DNA from: Acidimicrobiales bacterium
Lineage (GTDB): Bacteria; Actinomycetota; Acidimicrobiia; Acidimicrobiales; SZUA-35
DNA length: 49,549 bases
Assembly: GCA_048550155.1 (NCBI GenBank)
Contig: JBLYYW010000068.1
Location: 1 to 49,549, forward strand
Direction: 5' to 3'
The position numbers were made by a program, and so were the translations under genes. The notes beneath the pieces were generated by a model. The model saw only the letters and a program-made list of their open reading frames with translations. It was not told the DNA's origin and did not search any database. Shown piece after piece: positions 45,872 to 49,549 of this stretch. The number at the start of each line of letters is the position of its first letter. Position 1 is the first letter of the stretch.

Positions 45872-46975
45872 ATGGCGCGCAGACTTCAGGCCCTGATCTT
45901 CGACATGGACGGCGTGTTGTTGGAATCGGAGTCGCTGTGGCGCCAGGCCGAGCACGAAGCATCTGCCCAACTGGGTCTTGGTCTCACTGAGCAGGACTTC
46001 GTCGGCACGATGGGTGCACGGATGCGCGAGGTCGCCGAGATCTGGTACGAGCGTTCGCCGTGGACAGGTCCGTCCACTGCCGAGGTGGCTGCTTCGGTTG
46101 TGCAGCGCGTGATCGAGCTGGTCGCCACCCGGGAGACGCTGCCCGGCGTGCATGAAGTGATTGCACTCGCCCGTGATCACGGACTGAAACTCGGGCTGTG
46201 TACGAGCAGCGACACCGTCCTCATGGATGCTGTACTGACTTCGCTCGGTCTGGTTGACACCTTCGATGTGACCCACAGCGCAGAACACGACGAGTTCGGT
46301 AAGCCTCACCCTATGCCCTATCTGAAAACTGCACAGAAACTGGCGGTTCACCCCAGCGCATGTGTCGCCATCGAGGACAGCGTCAACGGAGCGGTGAGCG
46401 CACGCGCAGCCCAGATGAAGGTCGTCGGGGTGCCGGATCCTGCGGAGTCCGGGGATGGCAGATTCGGATTCGTCGACCTGTCACTCGAGTCGCTCGCCCA
46501 GTTCGACGGCGAGATGCTCAAGGCGCTCGAGGATGGCGTCCGAGTTCCCGCGATCTCGCGGCCACGGTTCCACCGGGCATTCCCGGCCGACAACCTGGCC
46601 GATGCACGGTGGTTCTACGGCGAAGTTCTCGGGTGCAGAGAAGGACGGTCATCGGACACGTGGGTCGATTTCGACCTCTATGGCCACCAGGTCGTTGCCC
46701 ATCTCGCTCCCGCGCCGCAGCAGGCCGCCACCAACGACGTTGATGGCCATCAGGTGCCAGCCGAGCACTCTGGACTCCTGCTGAATCCACCTGTGTGGCG
46801 CGATCTCGTCGCCCGGCTCGAAGCCCAGGGCGACCGGATTCGATGGGTGATGAAACCAACCACCCGCTTCGCGGGCCAGACCGGCGAGCAACACACCTGC
46901 TTCGTTCTTGACCCGGCCGGCAATGCCCTCGAGTTCAAGGCATTCGCTAACGACCACGACGTCTTCGCAACTTGA
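45872..46975 (+). CDS. Fusion protein: HAD-superfamily sugar phosphatase/beta-phosphoglucomutase-like N-domain + VOC (glyoxalase/extradiol-dioxygenase-fold) C-domain
   Basis: The ORF 45653..46975 is trimmed to ATG 45872 (MARRLQALIFDMDGVLLES, HAD motif I DxDG). Later come LCTSS, KPHP and EDSVNG. The C-terminal ~140 aa (RFHRAFPADNLADARWFYGEVLGCREGRSSDTWVDFDLYGHQVVAHL...) are VOC-like. Confidence 0.8.
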   Translation: MARRLQALIFDMDGVLLESESLWRQAEHEASAQLGLGLTEQDFVGTMGARMREVAEIWYERSPWTGPSTAEVAASVVQRVIELVATRETLPGVHEVIALARDHGLKLGLCTSSDTVLMDAVLTSLGLVDTFDVTHSAEHDEFGKPHPMPYLKTAQKLAVHPSACVAIEDSVNGAVSARAAQMKVVGVPDPAESGDGRFGFVDLSLESLAQFDGEMLKALEDGVRVPAISRPRFHRAFPADNLADARWFYGEVLGCREGRSSDTWVDFDLYGHQVVAHLAPAPQQAATNDVDGHQVPAEHSGLLLNPPVWRDLVARLEAQGDRIRWVMKPTTRFAGQTGEQHTCFVLDPAGNALEFKAFANDHDVFAT

Positions 46976-47012
46976 AGCAGTCAACCGCCCCACCGACCAA
47001 GGAGACATCATC

Positions 47013-48029
47013 ATGCAACTCGGAATGATTGGCTTGGGCCGAATGGGTGCGAACATCGTTCGCCGGCTTCACGCCGATGGTCACGAGTGTGTTGTCTATG
47101 ACGTCAACGCCGAATCGATCAGAACGCTGGTCGATGAGGGCGTCGCGATCGGTGCAGAAAGCGAAACCGACCTGGCGGCCAAGTTGTCAGGGCCCCGGGC
47201 GGTCTGGGTGATGGTGCCGGCCGCCTACGCAGGTCAGGTGGTGATGAGCATGGCCGACCACCTCGAACCAGACGACATCATCATCGACGGCGGCAACACC
47301 CACTATCCCGAAGACATCAAGCGGGCCGACGAACTCGGTCCACGCGGTATTCACTACGTCGACATCGGCACAAGTGGCGGAGTGTTCGGCCTGGAACGAG
47401 GATATTGCCTGATGATCGGCGGCGCCGACGAAGCCGTCGAACGACTGGACCCGATCTTCAAGACGCTGGCTCCTGGTGTAGAGGCGGCCGCTCGGACCAG
47501 GGGACGAGCCGGCGACCTCGACCAGCCCGAGTACGGCTACCTCCACTGCGGCCCGGTAGGTGCTGGACACTTCGTCAAGATGGTTCACAACGGAGTGGAA
47601 TACGCAATCATGCAGGCCTACGCCGAGGGCTTCGCGTTGATGGATCGAGCCGATATCGGCAGCGAGGAACGCAGCGGTGATGCAGAGACGGCGCCGATGG
47701 CCGACCCTCGACTGTTTAAGTACTCGCTGGACCTGCCCGCAATCGCCGAGGTGTGGCGGAGGGGCAGCGTGGTCGGTTCATGGCTTCTCGACCTCACCGC
47801 GGCTGCAATGCAGGAGAACCCCACGCTCGACAACTTCGCTGGGCGGGTATCCGACAGCGGGGAGGGCCGCTGGACGGTACTGGCTGCGGTGGAGAGCGGT
47901 ACCCCTGTCCCGACCATCGCAGATGCGCTGTTCAGCCGGTTCGCAAGCCGCGACAACGCCGAGTTCGGTAACAAGGTGTTGTCGGCGATGCGAAGCGAGT
48001 TCGGTGGCCACAAAGAGAAGCAGGACTAG
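47013..48029 (+). CDS. gnd: 6-phosphogluconate dehydrogenase, short (YqeC/Gnd-like, decarboxylating) type
   Basis: The ORF 46908..48029 is trimmed to ATG 47013, after an AAGGAGA Shine-Dalgarno sequence. MQLGMIGLGRMGANIVRRL Rossmann start, plus GGNTHY and GAGHFVKMVHNGVEYAIMQAYAEG. Confidence 0.85.
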   Translation: MQLGMIGLGRMGANIVRRLHADGHECVVYDVNAESIRTLVDEGVAIGAESETDLAAKLSGPRAVWVMVPAAYAGQVVMSMADHLEPDDIIIDGGNTHYPEDIKRADELGPRGIHYVDIGTSGGVFGLERGYCLMIGGADEAVERLDPIFKTLAPGVEAAARTRGRAGDLDQPEYGYLHCGPVGAGHFVKMVHNGVEYAIMQAYAEGFALMDRADIGSEERSGDAETAPMADPRLFKYSLDLPAIAEVWRRGSVVGSWLLDLTAAAMQENPTLDNFAGRVSDSGEGRWTVLAAVESGTPVPTIADALFSRFASRDNAEFGNKVLSAMRSEFGGHKEKQD

Positions 48030-48032
48030 GCG

Positions 48033-49385
48033 TTGAGCTCAGGCACGCGCCAATTCGACCAAGCCTCAGAAGCATTGATCCTGTTCGGCATCACTGGCGA
48101 TCTCGCTCGCAAGAAGCTCTTCACAGCCCTCTACAAGCTCGAATCTGACAACCAGCTGAACATGCCCGTGATCGGGGTTGCGTCGTCACAATGGACGCTC
48201 GACGAACTGCGGGGCAACGCCCGCGAGGCACTCGACGAGGCTGATCTGGAGGTCGACGAACAGATCTGGGAGCGGTTCGCAGCCCGTCTCGACTATGTGT
48301 CGGGCGACTACCGCGAGGCGTCTACGTTCGAACAGGTTGCCGAGAAAGTCGGTGACAGATTGTGCCCGGTCGCCTATCTCGCCATCCCGCCGTTTCTGTT
48401 CTCGACCGTGGTCGATGGGCTCGCGGCAACAGGGCTCAACTGCGGGAGGGTTGTGCTCGAGAAGCCCTTCGGCCGTGATCTCGCCAGCTCACGCGAGCTC
48501 GACTCGGCGGTGCTGGCGCACTATCCGGAAGAACGGATCTACCGAATCGACCACTTCCTCGGCAAGGAGCCGGTGCTCAATCTGCTGGTGTTCCGGTTCG
48601 CCAACAGCATCCTGGAACCGCTGTGGAATCGTCAGCATGTCAAGGGCGTCACGATCAACATGTTCGAGGATTTCGGGCTCGAGGGTCGGGGCAAGTTCTA
48701 TGACGAGGTCGGAACGTTGCGCGACGTGGTCCAGAACCACCTGCTCCAGATCCTTGCCCTCCTGGCCATGGAGCCACCAGTGTCCGACGATGCCGATGCG
48801 CTCAACGACGAGACCGTCAAGGTGCTTCGGTCGATGCGTTCCATGGACCCGGCCAAGGCGTGGCGAGGACAGTACGACGGCTATTGCAGCGAGCCAGGGG
48901 TGAAGATCGACAGCGACACCGAGACCTTCATTTCGGTGCGGTGCGAAATCGACAGCTGGCGGTGGGCCGGAGTGCCGTTCACGATCCGGGCTGGCAAGGC
49001 GCTGGACCGAACCGTGACCGAGGCGATCGTAGAATTCCAAGCGGCCCCCAGGGCCCTCTTTTCGGAGGGGAACTTTCAACCTCGTCCCAACACTATGCGG
49101 TTCGAATTGAAGCCAAACGACGTGATCGAACTCAACATGCAGGCCAAACGTCCGGGCGAGAGCCTTAAAAGCGAACCGGTGAAACTCGAAGTCGACCACC
49201 GAGGCATCGAGTTCGGCCCCAGTCCCTACCACCGATTGCTGGGTGACGCCCTTCTCGGTGACAAGCGATTGTTCGCCCGCGGCGACATGGTCGACGAGGC
49301 GTGGAGAGTCGTTCAGCCGATTCTCGATTCGGCGCCGCAAGTGGAGTCCTACCGATACGGTGCCGACCCGTCTGAACTGCGATGA
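48033..49385 (+). CDS. zwf: Glucose-6-phosphate 1-dehydrogenase
   Basis: 450 aa with the FGITGDLARKKL dinucleotide motif, the RIDHFLGKE active-site motif, and DVVQNHLLQILAL. Confidence 0.92.
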   Translation: MSSGTRQFDQASEALILFGITGDLARKKLFTALYKLESDNQLNMPVIGVASSQWTLDELRGNAREALDEADLEVDEQIWERFAARLDYVSGDYREASTFEQVAEKVGDRLCPVAYLAIPPFLFSTVVDGLAATGLNCGRVVLEKPFGRDLASSRELDSAVLAHYPEERIYRIDHFLGKEPVLNLLVFRFANSILEPLWNRQHVKGVTINMFEDFGLEGRGKFYDEVGTLRDVVQNHLLQILALLAMEPPVSDDADALNDETVKVLRSMRSMDPAKAWRGQYDGYCSEPGVKIDSDTETFISVRCEIDSWRWAGVPFTIRAGKALDRTVTEAIVEFQAAPRALFSEGNFQPRPNTMRFELKPNDVIELNMQAKRPGESLKSEPVKLEVDHRGIEFGPSPYHRLLGDALLGDKRLFARGDMVDEAWRVVQPILDSAPQVESYRYGADPSELR

Positions 49386-49549
49386 CAGTGACCGATCACA
49401 CGGTGGCGATCGACCTTGGCGGCACCAATGTCCGTGCCGCGCTGGTGGACGAGCGCGGCACGATCACAGATCGAATCCAGCGCCCCACCCCCCACTCACA
49501 CCCTGAACCCACCGTGATCCTGGAGATGATGTCAGAAGTCGCCGGGGTC
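49382..49549 (+). CDS. ROK-family glucokinase, 5' part (runs off window)
   Basis: ATGA overlap with the zwf stop. MTVTDHTVAIDLGGTNVRAALVDERGTI is the ROK/sugar-kinase N-terminal ATP-binding motif. The frame stays open to the window end. Confidence 0.7.
   Translation, partial: MTVTDHTVAIDLGGTNVRAALVDERGTITDRIQRPTPHSHPEPTVILEMMSEVAGV

Noticed and set aside
1-49549. tRNA, rRNA, tmRNA or known riboswitches in intergenic regions
   Set aside because: Intergenic spacers are short. The longer ones (18318-18476, 18756-19053, 21481-21669, 43749-43880, 44283-44583) show hairpins but no cloverleaf-like or rRNA-like sequence I can recognise. A covariance-model scan would be needed for certainty.

Overview
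GC-rich (judged by eye, not computed) bacterial chromosome segment. Its gene order matches the conserved Actinomycetota core: rpsB(3' end)-tsf-pyrH-frr-cdsA-dxr-rseP, ispG (inverted), rimP-nusA-ylxR-infB-DUF503-rbfA-truB-ribF, rpsO-pnp, dapB, dapA-rnj-ftsK, rimO-pgsA, cinA, recA, then gnd-zwf-glk. An Acidimicrobiia-like lineage is only a guess. About 45 CDS are supported. I saw no rRNA, tRNA, CRISPR array, transposase or integrase. Most long antisense or alternative-frame ORFs in the track are high-GC artefacts. The main non-housekeeping content lies at about 32.9-38.6 kb, between ftsK/CaCA and rimO. It holds three tandem paralogues of a ~530-550 aa protein with a TadE/G-like N-terminal membrane anchor, followed by a CopC-fold protein that lacks both canonical copper-binding histidines. 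No tad/pilus machinery is present in the window. The three paralogues share a near-identical ~140 nt N-terminal cassette plus a ~20 nt upstream motif, and they end in the same C-terminal motif, but they are highly diverged in between. The first copy has ATC where the others have ATG. Other notable points: FtsK carries two tandem gamma (winged-helix) domains. recA has both a Cheo-type LexA box and a RecA-NDp-like motif, and no recX follows it. A 31-bp-periodic palindromic repeat element sits in the cinA 3' intergenic region. A terminator-like hairpin lies in the rimP-nusA-infB leader. A HAD-VOC fusion gene precedes gnd-zwf-glk. All domain calls come from reading the translations, not from database searches.
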